64,000 nt of DNA from positions 1 to 64,000 of the IMG/VR virus record IMGVR_UViG_2839242338_000001, one strand, 5' to 3'. The notes below the pieces were generated by a model. That model saw nothing but the letters and a program-made list of their open reading frames with translations, was not told where the DNA came from and made no database searches. Made by a program: the position numbers and the translations under genes. The stretch comes from a virus. Its lineage: Duplodnaviria; Caudoviricetes. Position 1 is the first letter of the stretch; each line of letters starts with the position of its first letter. This document shows positions 20,611 through 32,270 of the stretch, piece by piece.

Positions 20611-21426
20611 TTGCACCAAAGCGTTATACTGCCAATCTATATGAATCTGTTTTTCAAAAGCAACCTATCCCCCGTTACCGTTATTCTAACCGTTTACAAA
20701 CGCAACAACCTGGATGAACAGTTGAATGCTTTGCTAAATCAGACCCAACCGCCCCAAACTATCTGGATTCTGCGTTACGAAAATTGGTTTCCTATCCACA
20801 AGAGAAGTGATAAAAAGACGGTTATCCGCTACTTTGATTGTGATGTGAATTTGAAATACTTCGGACGTTTTAGTCTGGCTATACACGCCACAACCACCTA
20901 CGTCTGGGTACTTGATGATGACATTATTCCATCCCCTACCTGGATTGAAACCTGCCTCCGAACCAGCGGGCAATACGGCTCTATTGTGTGTAGTAACGGC
21001 CGAATCATTCCTCCTCAAGATTACCAGCCGGAAAAGCCAAAAGGAAACGATTACCAGGAAAAGTATTTTGTTGGTGATATTCGTTCGTCAGCTAAGTCTA
21101 TTAATAGCTGTGTAGCGGATACGAGGGTTGATTTCGGGTGTTGTAGCTATTTTTTCAAAACCGAATGGACCCGGCATTTTTGGGCAATCTGGCCTAAAAC
21201 GTTCTCTACGGGGGAAGACATGCACCTGGCAGCTAGCTGTAAACTGCTGGGGGATGTGAATGTTGTTGTTCCCCAGCAGACGTCCTGGGCCAACAGCGGA
21301 AATATTAAACCCGCTTATGGGGTGGATGAGGAAGCATCCTGAAAAAAAAAGGATTTCATATCCAGCCGGGAAGAAGTGCTAAGATTTTTGATAAAAGATA
21401 AAAAATGGAAACCTATGTATTGGTAA
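20611..21426 (+). CDS. Glycosyltransferase family 2 (GT-A), with in-frame TGA at 21340
   Basis: VTVILTVYKR...LLNQT; YVWVLDDD; TGEDMH; the frame continues past TGA as KKKDFISSREEVLRFLIKDKKWKPMYW* to 21426. Confidence 0.75.
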
Positions 21427-21699
21427 CCAACGGATGGGTTGATCACAACTTGGGCTGCCATAAAATGTCATTCCTAACTAGTAAAACTACAGCCAGAGCG
21501 GAACAACCCTGCGGTTGTGTAGCCATATGGTTTTAGGTTTATTTTGGCGGGCTATAACCGGAATCTTCTGCCCACATAGCCGCTGGCAATGGATCTTTTT
21601 AGGCGTGAAACTAGACTAAAGAGCCCGTACCTGGAAAAATAAAAACAAACCAATTTTCATCCATATGACAGTGATCTTACTAAGAGCTCATTGACTAAC

Positions 21700-21850
21700 A
21701 AAAGGTTGTAAACGAAGGCACTTGCATCCCTTTTCAGGTAATCCATTGCCTCCTTTATGTCAATAGCCAAGAGAGCGTTAAACCGTGGTTTGCAAGATTC
21801 CAGTTTCATCACTGTTCAATGATGGCTGAGCTTTTCCTCAACAACTCGTA
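21700..21850 (-). pseudogene. Third, degenerate copy of the xis-like HTH gene
   Basis: Fragments VEEKLSHH and EAMDYLKRDA match VDEKLGHH and EAMKYLKRDA of the two neighbours. Confidence 0.55.
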
Positions 21851-21898
21851 CTATAGGTTTGAATTAGTGGTAAATAGTTGACTTTGAAATCTTTACCG

Positions 21899-22192
21899 CT
21901 AATCAATACGGCGTTTAACTAATCCTTTTTTTAGCCAGTCGTCAATATCCCCCTTTGTATACCACACATTTCGTCCCATTTTGTAGAACCGAAGTCCATG
22001 CTTTTGGTAGTATCGTAAGGTATCTCCGTCACGTTTCAGGTACTCCATTACCTCTGTCTCGTTCATCAGGAGGCATCTGTCAAATTCCTTTTCTCGCTGG
22101 GCATCCCGTTCAGCGGATAGCCGTATAGCTTCTTCACATTGATCTAATAAATCAGTGATGTGGTGACCTAACTTTTCGTCAACTATCAACAT
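21899..22192 (-). CDS. Excisionase-like HTH protein
   Basis: LMNETEVMEYLKRDGDTLRYYQKHGLRFYKMGRNVWYTKGDIDDWL (HTH_17/MerR-like). Confidence 0.8.
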   Translation of the reverse strand: MLIVDEKLGHHITDLLDQCEEAIRLSAERDAQREKEFDRCLLMNETEVMEYLKRDGDTLRYYQKHGLRFYKMGRNVWYTKGDIDDWLKKGLVKRRID

Positions 22193-22230
22193 GTCTTAAA
22201 GGGAATTACAGTATGTTCTTCTGTTTCATA

Positions 22231-22530
22231 CTAGCCGCCATTACGCCGATTAACTATCCCTTTTGCCAGCCAATCGTCTATGTCTCCTTTTGTATACCAG
22301 ACCTCCTTGCCTTTTTTATAGAATCCGAGCCCATGCTTTTGATAATGGTGTAGAGTATTTGCATCCCGCTTCAAATACTTCATAGCCTCACTTTCGCTCA
22401 TTAGCCGACAGCGATCTAGCTCTTTTTGCAGCTTTTCTATTTGAGCGTTAGAATCCTCTAAATGCTTTGCGCATCTTTCTAATACGTCTAAAAGTCTATC
22501 TCCCAATTGATCATTAACTACTAATTTCAT
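22231..22530 (-). CDS. Excisionase-like HTH protein (tandem paralog)
   Basis: Same pattern, ending WYTKGDIDDWL. Confidence 0.8.
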   Translation of the reverse strand: MKLVVNDQLGDRLLDVLERCAKHLEDSNAQIEKLQKELDRCRLMSESEAMKYLKRDANTLHHYQKHGLGFYKKGKEVWYTKGDIDDWLAKGIVNRRNGG

Positions 22531-22661
22531 TGTCTATGAGCTTGCTTCTACTAGGTTTTACAGTATTACTGAAGTGTAATAATTGGCCTGAATAAATTAC
22601 TTTACTGGATTAGAAATACCAATGCATCTATGTTGGCTTACTGGATAAGCTAAAGGTACAA

Positions 22662-24082
22662 TCAGGGCTTATCCTGCTGATTTTTACGATTAAATACTGC
22701 TCTCATGGGCTTAGCAGCATTCTGTCTGCTTAATTCCTCAATGTACTTCATGGTCATGTTAAAGTCACTATGACCCAGCATCAACATAATATCAAGTAGC
22801 GTAATTGTCCCATCTTCCTGCATAGTCCGACGTGCTAAATCTGCAAAGCTATGACGGGCGTTATGCATGCGAAGTTTCCCCGAAGGCCCACCTTCTTCTC
22901 AATATCGGCCAGTACTTTATTGATCTGCCCATCCCAGTAGTTTATTCGAGATGACAACTGTAGTCGAATCTCATAGGGAGCACCGTACAAATCATCCCTG
23001 TTGAGGTAGGTGGCATACTTCTCTGTTGGCTTTAAATAAGGCAAAAGATAATCCGTTGGCTCCGCATCCTGTTTCCACCAACGCTTAAGTAGATTCTGTG
23101 CTTCTTCCAGGATTGGGATTTCTACCCTATTGCCTGTCTTTTGCATATGGTAGGTCAGGTTTACGGGGTGACCATCTTTATCTAAATCAAAGTTTTGATA
23201 CCGAAGTAGCAATATGTCTGAGCATCTGGCACCCGCAAGCAAATGAGATAGCATCCACAGGGAAAACGCTTCTTCGGGCGTAACCCGCCTTCGGGTTGAC
23301 TCGACCTTCGTCTTTTTGATTTTGGCAATATCCTCCTCATTAAACTTGGATTTATACGCTGATTTGGCAGGCAAAGGATCAATCTTTGAGAATGGCGATT
23401 GCAGTGCTGCGCTTTTCCCCGAATGTCCTTTTATTCGCAGTATTTCGTTGTGAACTGCGCTCAGCGATTCCATGTATTGATTGATACTGGATGGAATCAG
23501 CAATTTACCAGTACGAGGAGATATATAAGATTCTCGTAAATAATCCTGAAACTTATCCAGAAACGAAGGTGTAACGGCCTTTAATGTTAGCCCATCGGGT
23601 GCATATTCAGCCAGTAGGTTAACGGCTGTCTTTCTTAGTGTGTGAGTGCGAACCGCATGATTTTTAGCTTTCTCAAGAGCCAGTTCAGTCAACTCGAAAT
23701 AAAGTTCAGGGATTGGATTTTTATAACGATCAGCAATGCTTCTAGGGCTAAGCCCATACCTTAATAATTCCAGATTATCGGGGCTATCAGGATCTTGACA
23801 GCTTTCTACAAACTTTTCAATCCGAAGGTACTCGGCGTAAATTTGGGCGTTAATGCTGTCGGCATTTGGATCATTGACCACCCACTTTAACCAGATGCCG
23901 TTTTTGGTCTTCTTTCTGGTTTTATCCGTTGCTGCCCAGCATTGCTCTGCATTCTCAATTTTTACATTGGTTGAGATTCGTGCTGGCCGCTGGTCTTGCA
24001 TATGCAGACGAACATATACCGTTCTACGGCCCATTCTATCAGACTTGCCATCGAGTTCAATGTTTAATGAGATTCGGCCCAT
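22662..24082 (-). CDS. int: Tyrosine integrase, split by a frameshift near 22880
   Basis: Arm-binding-type N-terminus; GARCSDI (R), MQKTG (K), HNARHSFA, LGHSD, MTMKY across ORFs 22835-24082 and 22662-22868. Confidence 0.9.
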
Positions 24083-24501
24083 TGTTACTGAAATTATTTT
24101 GACAATGGTTGAAACTCCAAAAAATCTAAAAAGTTATATTATCGTGAAAAATAATTCACAGATTTTTTTGATAATTAAAATTACTATAAGTGCTTGAAAA
24201 ATATGTGTTTTAGCATAATTTTCGCATATTATTTCCTGTAATAAACTCTGACTCATTATATTGAAATAATCATATTAAGTTAATTGGAGTTATTTTCAAA
24301 TTAAGTCGGATTGGCGTACCCATTAGCTTTCAGATCCTTACGTGAAAAATATGTTTTTACATAGTTTTGACATAATTGGGCCTTCCAGGAACGTTAGTTC
24401 TACAGCAATCGAGAGCAAAAAAAATAGCCCCGACTGCTGCCGAGGCTGTTTGATCAATCATTCATTTAACTGCTAAAGAGTAGGCTAATCCATTCAAACG
24501 A

Positions 24502-24852
24502 TTATGAATCCTGCCCCAGAGACCTGGGTAGATTGTGTTTTAGACGATGAAGAATACCCGCAGATTCGGACATTCGAGTGTACACCACATCCAGCGCAGT
24601 ATCCATCAGTTCGTCTATAGTCTCTAATGTGCTGGTCTTGTCGGTGCCATCCCGATGCTGAGACACAACATACCTTCGGTAAGCAAATAAGGCTGACATA
24701 AACACGTCTAATTGAGATATCCCCGCATTATTCTCATCGCGGCCATCTACAGCCAGATAGACAGGTATGTTGATGTAACCTGGTTCAAAAGGTATACAAT
24801 CTGCTACTAACTGATCATTCCCAAGGGTTTGTTGAGTTTGTGTATTATCCAT
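24502..24852 (-). CDS. Hypothetical protein
   Basis: Clean ORF coupled to 24845-25285, followed by a hairpin at ~24426-24448. Confidence 0.6.
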   Translation of the reverse strand: MDNTQTQQTLGNDQLVADCIPFEPGYINIPVYLAVDGRDENNAGISQLDVFMSALFAYRRYVVSQHRDGTDKTSTLETIDELMDTALDVVYTRMSESAGILHRLKHNLPRSLGQDS

Positions 24853-25285
24853 GATTTACACCTCCTTTTTCTACCCAGGCTGCATGGGCTTCTCTGTTTT
24901 TTAAGGTTTGCCATTTCTCCTGCAAATTCATCAGGAACGCCGTTATTCGCAGTGTGTTGAAGGTAACATGATTACCAAACTCCTTAGTTGTCTTTCGGTA
25001 CTCCTTGTTTAGCCAGAAAAAAAACAGTTCGTTTATAACTTCGATGTCGGTAGCGGCTGAGGCTTCTGAGAGATGCCTACCAATCAATTCATCAAGCTCC
25101 TGACGAGCTCCCGCAGGGGAAGTGTGAAAGTCAATTGGCGATAGTTCAGGGATTGCCTCTAAGCTCGCTTCCTGTTGATCCTGACCGTCCGTAAATGGAG
25201 GTGTGTTTTGGGTTGCATCTTGAGCCGTTTGCTCAGGGTTGTTTGCATGAGAACCCCTACCCACGTAGTTTTGCTCCGTGTTCAT
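24845..25285 (-). CDS. Hypothetical protein
   Basis: Clean ORF ending in KGGVNHG and overlapping the next start, typical of Bacteroidota mobile-element operons. Confidence 0.6.
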   Translation of the reverse strand: MNTEQNYVGRGSHANNPEQTAQDATQNTPPFTDGQDQQEASLEAIPELSPIDFHTSPAGARQELDELIGRHLSEASAATDIEVINELFFFWLNKEYRKTTKEFGNHVTFNTLRITAFLMNLQEKWQTLKNREAHAAWVEKGGVNHG

Positions 25286-25490
25286 TTGATTTAAGAAGTT
25301 AGGTGAACATTTGCCCCTCCGCTATGGCCTGAGAAACTTTAGCATTGGGGCTTTTTATTGGTTATCAATGGGATTACTTACTTTGCCGGGCATCCTTAGT
25401 AAGGAACTATGCAGCTTTTCTGTCTCTCAATGACAATACAATATTAATCAAACTTTCCATTTATAGCAAGTTAAAGTGCAAAAAAATATT

Positions 25491-25700
25491 CTATTTGTGG
25501 AAAGTAATTTTAATCTGCATATCCAGAGCATCTGCTACTCTTTTGAGCGTTTCGACAGTTAAATTTTGCTTACCACTCTCGTACTTATTGACAGTAGGTT
25601 CACCCACGCCAATCTTTTCACCCAATTCTTTTTGGGTTAACCCTTGTTCGGTACGAGCTTGTCTAATTAAGCTACCTATCTCACTTTTAAAGTTTGACAT
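25491..25700 (-). CDS. XRE-family HTH regulator
   Basis: IRQARTEQGLTQKELGEKIGVGEPTVNKYESGKQNLTVETLKRVADAL. Confidence 0.95.
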   Translation of the reverse strand: MSNFKSEIGSLIRQARTEQGLTQKELGEKIGVGEPTVNKYESGKQNLTVETLKRVADALDMQIKITFHK

Positions 25701-26371
25701 CTGAATCTAAATATTAGTGTAAATATACAGTTTAGACTGCCATATATTGCAAGTAGTCACGCCATTCAGTAGCTAGCACACCACCCCACATGGAAAAGTT
25801 ACAATTACAATCAATTGATTTCCATTAGCTAACTAAAGGTAATCCACAGTTACGTTTTGCGCATGTCACCGCAAAACTCAAAAGGTAGTTTTCTCATTGG
25901 ATTTTCCGGTGACATCATAATAACTTGATAATCAATACGCTTATCGTATTTCTTGCGGCATCAGGATTCCTGACACCGATCTCAGGCAAAGGATACGATT
26001 TCAAATCTGCCCCTTCTCTCGCTTGCCATTCCGGGCAAATGATACCAGCGCTGGGATTACTAATGCTGTCCAGGCTTCGGCCTGATCTATTCCGAAAAGC
26101 AAAAGGCAAACCCGACCCCAAATAAAAGCCTACACTTTGTAATCAGAATATGCCCACAAAATGACCGGAGGGAGCAAAAAAAATGGGGGTTCTATATGAG
26201 GGGGACACGGTTATAGTCCCAGCATCATGGAACATTCATTTTCATTTCCAGACCCTTTTTTTCAGATGGGGGGGGTACTTTTTTTAAGTACTGGTACCTC
26301 TACCTCCCATATAGCAGGTACCGGTACTATAGCCGTAGCACCTTCTGACTTTTTTATAAATCAATGAATAA

Positions 26372-26540
26372 TACAGTATAGTGTTTATCAGATAGTTATG
26401 GTTGTCTTTGTATAATATAGCCAGTCTATATATCCTCATTATCAATACGTTACAGATAGGCGACTACAGTATACGGACAACTACCGGAAAATCTGGTAAT
26501 TCTGATTATCAGTGGGTTAGACTAACCTAGCTACAGTATT
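26372..26540. promoter_or_regulatory. Cluster of IHF-consensus boxes and TACAGTAT repeats (candidate ori or packaging site)
   Basis: WATCARNNNNTTR matches at 26386, 26440, 26507; TACAGTAT at 26372, 26465, 26532. Confidence 0.5.
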
Positions 26541-26861
26541 GCATACTCTTTTTATACGGGCAGGTTAATGATTAATAGGCCTATTTTAATACAGGTGAAA
26601 ACCGGATCAAAAGTCAGTTCGGGATTTTTCCGAAGTGATACTTAGTAAAGGATTAAACTGCTTTTGCAATCATGTGAATCCCCTCACTTAACCCGCAAAT
26701 CTTTTCCACTTGTCAACGATTTCAAATCGACACTGATAGTCAATGGTTTATGGCAGTTTGTTAAGTGAATGGTTGTGGGGTAGACCCACCAATCTCTTTA
26801 CTGCTGCCCTATTGTATCACATTGTTACAATAGCTATATTTACTTCATATATAGCGAGATA

Positions 26862-27229
26862 ATGGAACAGTTAGGCCAACGAAAGGGAGTGGGTTATGCG
26901 ATTAGACACAAATCGAACCCCTATAAAAGTGCAGAACAGCGCTATTATGCGACGATCTACCAGCCCGACGAGTATACACTCAATGTAATGCTGGCACTGC
27001 CCCCAGAGCCTTACGGGTGCTTTCTATGCTGGCGGCTCGGCAAGACCCACTAACTGGTATTAGTTATTGCACCAAACTGGAAATGAAGAAAATCCTGTCC
27101 GGCAAGCGCTGCAATCTCTCCCATGCAATAGGCGATCTGATTACTGCCGGACTGGTAGCTAAAGGAAAATCACTGAATACCTATTTCATTAACCCCAAAG
27201 CATTTCGTCCGATCTCCATCGACTTTTAG
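26862..27229 (+). CDS. RepL-like winged-HTH replication/maintenance protein, split by frameshift
   Basis: NLSHAIGDLITAGLVAK...NTYFINP pattern; overlapping ORFs 26862-27053 and 27017-27229. Confidence 0.55.
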
Positions 27230-27246
27230 CCGTATCGACCTTATCT

Positions 27247-30200
27247 ATGAACAAATACTTTCACGAACAGGAGTTTGGTGGTGGGATGCGGCAGGATATT
27301 GAGGCCAGCAAACAACCAGACGGAACTTACCGCTACGCTCGAAACGGGCGGATACTCTTTGTTCGTGACCAATCGTCAACCAGCGACGGGCATAGTTACG
27401 TGTTCAGCAACATTGTCGGCAATAAACTACTGCTCTCGCTTCCAACTGGCTCAACCATTCTGCACTTTGCCGAATCAAGGCAGGGCACAGTGGTCTTCTC
27501 CGTTCTTGGTAACAGTTCAGAGATTGGCCTTTGGGCGTTTGATACGGAACTGAACGGGATCATCACACCCGGCGAGTATACGACACTCTATACCGACAGC
27601 TACGATCCGCACCTGAAAAACAAGCCGTATGTTCTTAGAAAGTTTAATCAGCCCAATCAGGACCGGCTGGGCTGGCTAACTACGGATCGGTTTGACTCAG
27701 AAATTCGCTACGAGAACGAACGTATTGAGCGCATCTACTGGACGAACCGGCGTGGAACCAAGCACTGTCTGAACGTGCGGGCCAAACCTGCCGACTCCGA
27801 GCTTACGCCCCTGACGGGCTACTATCCGTCCTACTGGTCAGCCCATGCGTTTCGGGATCGGCCCGATGTGGTATTTCCCGTAATCAAACTACTGGGAGAG
27901 GTAAAGGAAAACTGCCGAGTGGCGCGTATCAGGTAGCGGTTCGTTACCGCTCTAAAGATGGTATCCGTTCGGCTTTCTCGCCCATCACACGCCGGGTATT
28001 CGTTACCAGTGAACCCCTGGAAGCGTATAACGCGGACGGAACGATTAATCAGGTACTAACATCAGCTTACCGCTCAAATCATCACAACCGGACGATGGGA
28101 GCGAGTGGTAAAGTGACGGGGAAAGTTTGCGATGGGAACTGAAAAACATCGACGTTCGCTGGCATGAGGTTGAACTGGCTGTTCTGTACTACGAAACCGA
28201 AGGCTTGCCACTGTCCATTACTGGACTCAAGCCCGTTTCAACGGGTGGAGCGTACCTGGACCCAACGAGTATAACCCTTGAAATTTCCCAGCTTGACGGA
28301 CAGGAACTAACGCTTTCTGATCTGACGCAGGTGTATGATCCGGTATTGAAGGTGGGCACCCTGGCAGCCAATCAGAATAGACTGTTTGAAGCAAACCTAA
28401 CCCGGCTCAAACCCTTTGGCGTGGACTCATCGGCAGTTAGCTACAGTCCGGTTCTTAAATCCATGCTGGCCGATGTAACCCGCGAGCCAACCTTTACCGC
28501 TGTTGATAATCCTGTCTCTCACCGGAAAGACAATGACCCGCTAACGAATACCTACGTGGATTCTGGGATTATCACGCGAAAAACGTTTGGCTCCCAGCAG
28601 GAAACCTACTCGGTTACTGACGACTATTTCAATGATAAGGGACAGGTCTGGGAATGGCTGCACGGCTCTTACTTCCGGGGAGAGACTGCCGAGTATGCCT
28701 GCGTATTGTTTGACCGGCTGGGTCAGCCTATGTTTGCCTATCCGCTACCTGCATTCACTTTCCCCGAGCAGTTCACTCCCGGCCCAGCCGGAGAGAAGGA
28801 TTACTATACACTCACCAAGTTAAATACCGTGAGTGGACTCTACGAGCTGCGCATGATGGGGGTTGCCGTGAGTGGCATTCGGATTCCCGAAGCTGATCTG
28901 TATGATGCAGACGGACGGCTGAATGTCAGCGGCTTTTCTATTGTCCGGCGCAAGCGACTTCCCCGCCTTCTGCATCAGGGGGTGGTATTTCCCGTCTGCC
29001 GTACCGAAGGACTCCGTCCCGAGGATGATTGTGCAGAGAATACGGGGCGAGCCTACAAGCCCTTTGCGTTGCCATATCTAAACTACTTTGGCGATGAGTT
29101 CATTCGACGGAACCGACATCTGTATCCATTGCCTACCCCTGCGGCACGGCTCATGATAACATCTGGCGGACCACTCACAGCCAGCCCTATTATCTCAACT
29201 ATCATTCGCCGGACGTACTCATTGAAGGGAGTTTTAAAGCCCCTCAGTCGGGGGATGTGTTAAAACATGTAGGCGTGGCGGGGCAAGCTTATACGCAGGC
29301 CGCGATTCCCCTACTGGCCCGAACATCGCCCTTCACGGCACACCATGATTATACCAAGAGTCTGAATACAACGACGGCCTTTTCACGCCTGACCAGTCTG
29401 ATCACGCTGGGGCGACCGGCAATTGGATCAACGAGTCGGCTCTCGCTGGCTTTACTACTGAATGAGGGTTTTGGGGTGACTTATGAGAAGTTTGATAAAG
29501 ATGATCTGAACCTCAAATTCGAGACAGGTACCCACCCCGAATGGATGGAAATCCCAGGGGACATCATTATCTACGGCGATGGCCTATTACAGCGGAATAG
29601 TGTGCTGATGAAAACCACCGACTGGGAAGCGGTCGATGTAGCCGAGAGCATTGACCGACCTGCTTCCTTCCGGCTAGTCAATTACATTCAGGCAACGCCC
29701 GAACGGAGTGATGAGTATGAACCCTACTATAGCCTCGGTCATTTTCAGCCGATAACCCAGGATATACTCAACGAGACGAATTTTGTCTATGACGAGGCTG
29801 GCTCACGCACTCATTTTGAATTTAATTCCGTGGAAGTCTGGGGTGGGGATGCGCATGTGGGCCTGTTTGACTTTACCCGGATTTATCCATTTCCCTCCGA
29901 TCAATGCGAGAAGCACGACTACAGCCTGTCGCATATCCTCCCCATCGAGAGTAAATACAACCTGATGCTGCGGCCTGGAAGGACCTTTGCGCGCTCTGCC
30001 GTCCGGCCCGAAGAAACCTCCTGCGACAATACCGGTGAGCAGTTCCTGAACGGGATCATGCACCAGCAACCCGAAGACTGGAACTACAATAAAGTGCTGT
30101 TGGTGGACACCTCAGCGGTTAGTTACGGCGTTCAGCCCCGAGACTTTCTGCCCGTCATTGAGCAACCTTCGGGCTTTTGCTGGTCGCCCGTCAAGCAGTC

Positions 30201-31221
30201 AGGTCAACTCCTGGACAACTGGCGGATGCGACTTGCTGGTGATGCGGGTCAGGGTGACGGCTCAATGGGAGCGATTACTAAACTCATCAAGAGCGAAAGT
30301 CAGGGACTCTATGCCTGGCATTCGCATGGGGTGGAACTACTGCCATTGGAACCCATGAATTTGCAGGCTACTGATACGGGAACAATCCTGACTTCATCAG
30401 GAGCCGTGTTTCACCAGGGCATTCCCATCAGTAGGAAATACGGTACGGTTCATCCCGATTCGGTATGGAGTCACGCGGGTCAGATGGGAGCCTGGGATGC
30501 CCGGATGGGCGTACTGCTTCGCCACGATACAGGTGGACTGGATTTATTGTCTCAATCAGAGAATCTCACCGACCTGATTGAGACACTGACACTTCCTTTA
30601 TCCGCCGGTAGTGATGTTACCATGAGTAACTGGACCTGTTTTACGGGCGTGGACTCTGAAAATGGTGACGTGTGGATTACGCTGTGCAAGGTAACCGGGC
30701 AAGCGCACACGCTTGGCTACAGCACCAAACTACGGGTTTTCGTGGGTGAATACGATGCCTATCCCGCTCTATACGGCAATCGAGGCAGGTTGCTGCTAAG
30801 TGTAAATCCAGCAAACCCCCACCAGCTTTGGGCGAATAATCGGGGGCAGTATGGCCAGTTTTATGGTAGTTACTTCCCCACACTCCTGCGCTTTATTGTC
30901 AATGTGCAGCCTACCCAGAATAAGACGTTCACCAACGGGCACATCCTGGTCAACGTGGGCGGCTGGCCACAAATTACTAAGGTAACCCACTGGACACCCA
31001 ATGGCGGAGAAGCGCAGCGCCATATCTTAACGCCCCATACCGATGACCGTTTTAGTTATCACAGAGATTGTCTGCAATACCCGGCACACGAGTGGAACTG
31101 GGACGAAAGTAAGGAGCGACTACGGGGCCACTATCAAACGGTTGAGCTGGAGATTGCCAATGATGAGAGTAATACACCGGCCCATATTATGAGCTACAAA
31201 ACCATCTTTCGATCTGCCTAG
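27247..31221 (+). CDS. Crassvirales-type muzzle / tail stabilisation protein (~1,320 codons), three frameshifts
   Basis: Ordered motifs FGGGMRQD...GTYRYARNGR, GKLPSGAYQVAVRY..DG..S..SPI, NRLFEANL, GSYFRGE..YACVLFD..G, HSPDV, WGGDAHV, PIESKYNLMLR, KQSGQLLDNW, ISRKYG, ERLRGHY; frame changes near 27900, 28125 and 29135. Confidence 0.75.
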
Positions 31222-31481
31222 CCCAAAAGCATTCCGGCCAATTTCCCAGATCAGATTTTCAATTGGCTGAATAAAACGCCGAGTGTTGCCCTGCCAGTGT
31301 TAACCGGAGCTGGCGTAGTGGGTGGAGTAGCAGCGAACTCGTTACAACGCCCAAATAAGTAAAGCTGAATGTAATGACTCCACTACCATTATTTTGACTC
31401 CTTCCTATTCCTTAGGTGGTAATATTGGAGACCATTCAAAGGCATAGTCTACCCGTCTATCTTTCTCCACATCTATTCTGT

Positions 31482-32117
31482 CTATCTTTCCCCCTTTTCT
31501 GGATTTACTTTCTCCTCATACAATTCAATAATAAAGCATATCCATTTACCTTCGACTTTATTGACAATGAAGTCGAAGCCATGAGTAGAAGAGGTTCCGG
31601 GTGCATATTTTTGTATAAATGGCGGGTCAAATTTACCATCAACAAAGTCGAGTTTTGTATAAACCTTTCTACAAATTATCGAATCAGGGTACTTAATTAT
31701 ATCATCTATTTCAATACTTCTTGAGTGTGTATGGGTTTTTATTTTTGATCCCCAAAAAATAAAAACCCGAAGTCTAACCTTTTCTATTTCTATTACTTCA
31801 TACCCTATATTCTCAAATTTAACCTTGAATTGAGCTCCGCATTCAGTTGATTCTCTACCATCGGATATTTTGAATATATTAAGCGAGGATTCAGTTTTGT
31901 TTCTACTTCCTAGGCTTGCATTTTGAGTTAATATAAACGTACCGAAAACCCATATTCCGCTCACTAATATAGCGGTTACCTCAAATGAGTTTTTTGTAAT
32001 CTCTGTTCTTTCCTTGTAAAACGTAATTTTTCGTCTTGGTAGTTTTATAGTATATAGCAAAACATTACCTACAAAAAAACTAATAGGATTATTATTATTA
32101 TTATATATAGCATGCAC
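31482..32117 (-). CDS. Low-GC hypothetical membrane protein (3' end probably frameshifted)
   Basis: TM segment VTAILVSGIWVFGTFIL; AT-rich compared with its neighbours. Confidence 0.5.
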   Translation of the reverse strand: MHAIYNNNNNPISFFVGNVLLYTIKLPRRKITFYKERTEITKNSFEVTAILVSGIWVFGTFILTQNASLGSRNKTESSLNIFKISDGRESTECGAQFKVKFENIGYEVIEIEKVRLRVFIFWGSKIKTHTHSRSIEIDDIIKYPDSIICRKVYTKLDFVDGKFDPPFIQKYAPGTSSTHGFDFIVNKVEGKWICFIIELYEEKVNPEKGER

Positions 32118-32270
32118 TAAATCGCCTTTAAGTTGAAAGTATTATATCTGTTTTTTTTAGACCGAAAAAATATTATCATCCTTAAGGGAGAGCATCACTT
32201 TTCCCTCACAAATCAGGGTAAAATATATAAAGTAAAAAACGGGAAAATTCACCTATTTAATACCCTTTTT

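Larger units (their letters stand above)
21657..31221. mobile_element. Integrative element or phage relic: xis-like genes, integrase, XRE, RepL-like gene, crAss-like muzzle gene (boundaries uncertain)
   Basis: Gene content; no flanking direct repeat found. Confidence 0.5.

Noticed and set aside
21340-21342. Selenocysteine or an alternative genetic code at the TGA
   Set aside because: Single instance, no downstream SECIS-like hairpin, and TGA ends many other genes in the window
24310-24345. tRNA 3' end on the minus strand (GGGTACGCCA)
   Set aside because: No TTCGA T-loop at the required distance
27247-31221. Muzzle gene as part of the right-hand prophage
   Set aside because: It lies outside the tRNA att site, on the opposite strand, and that prophage encodes a long tape measure
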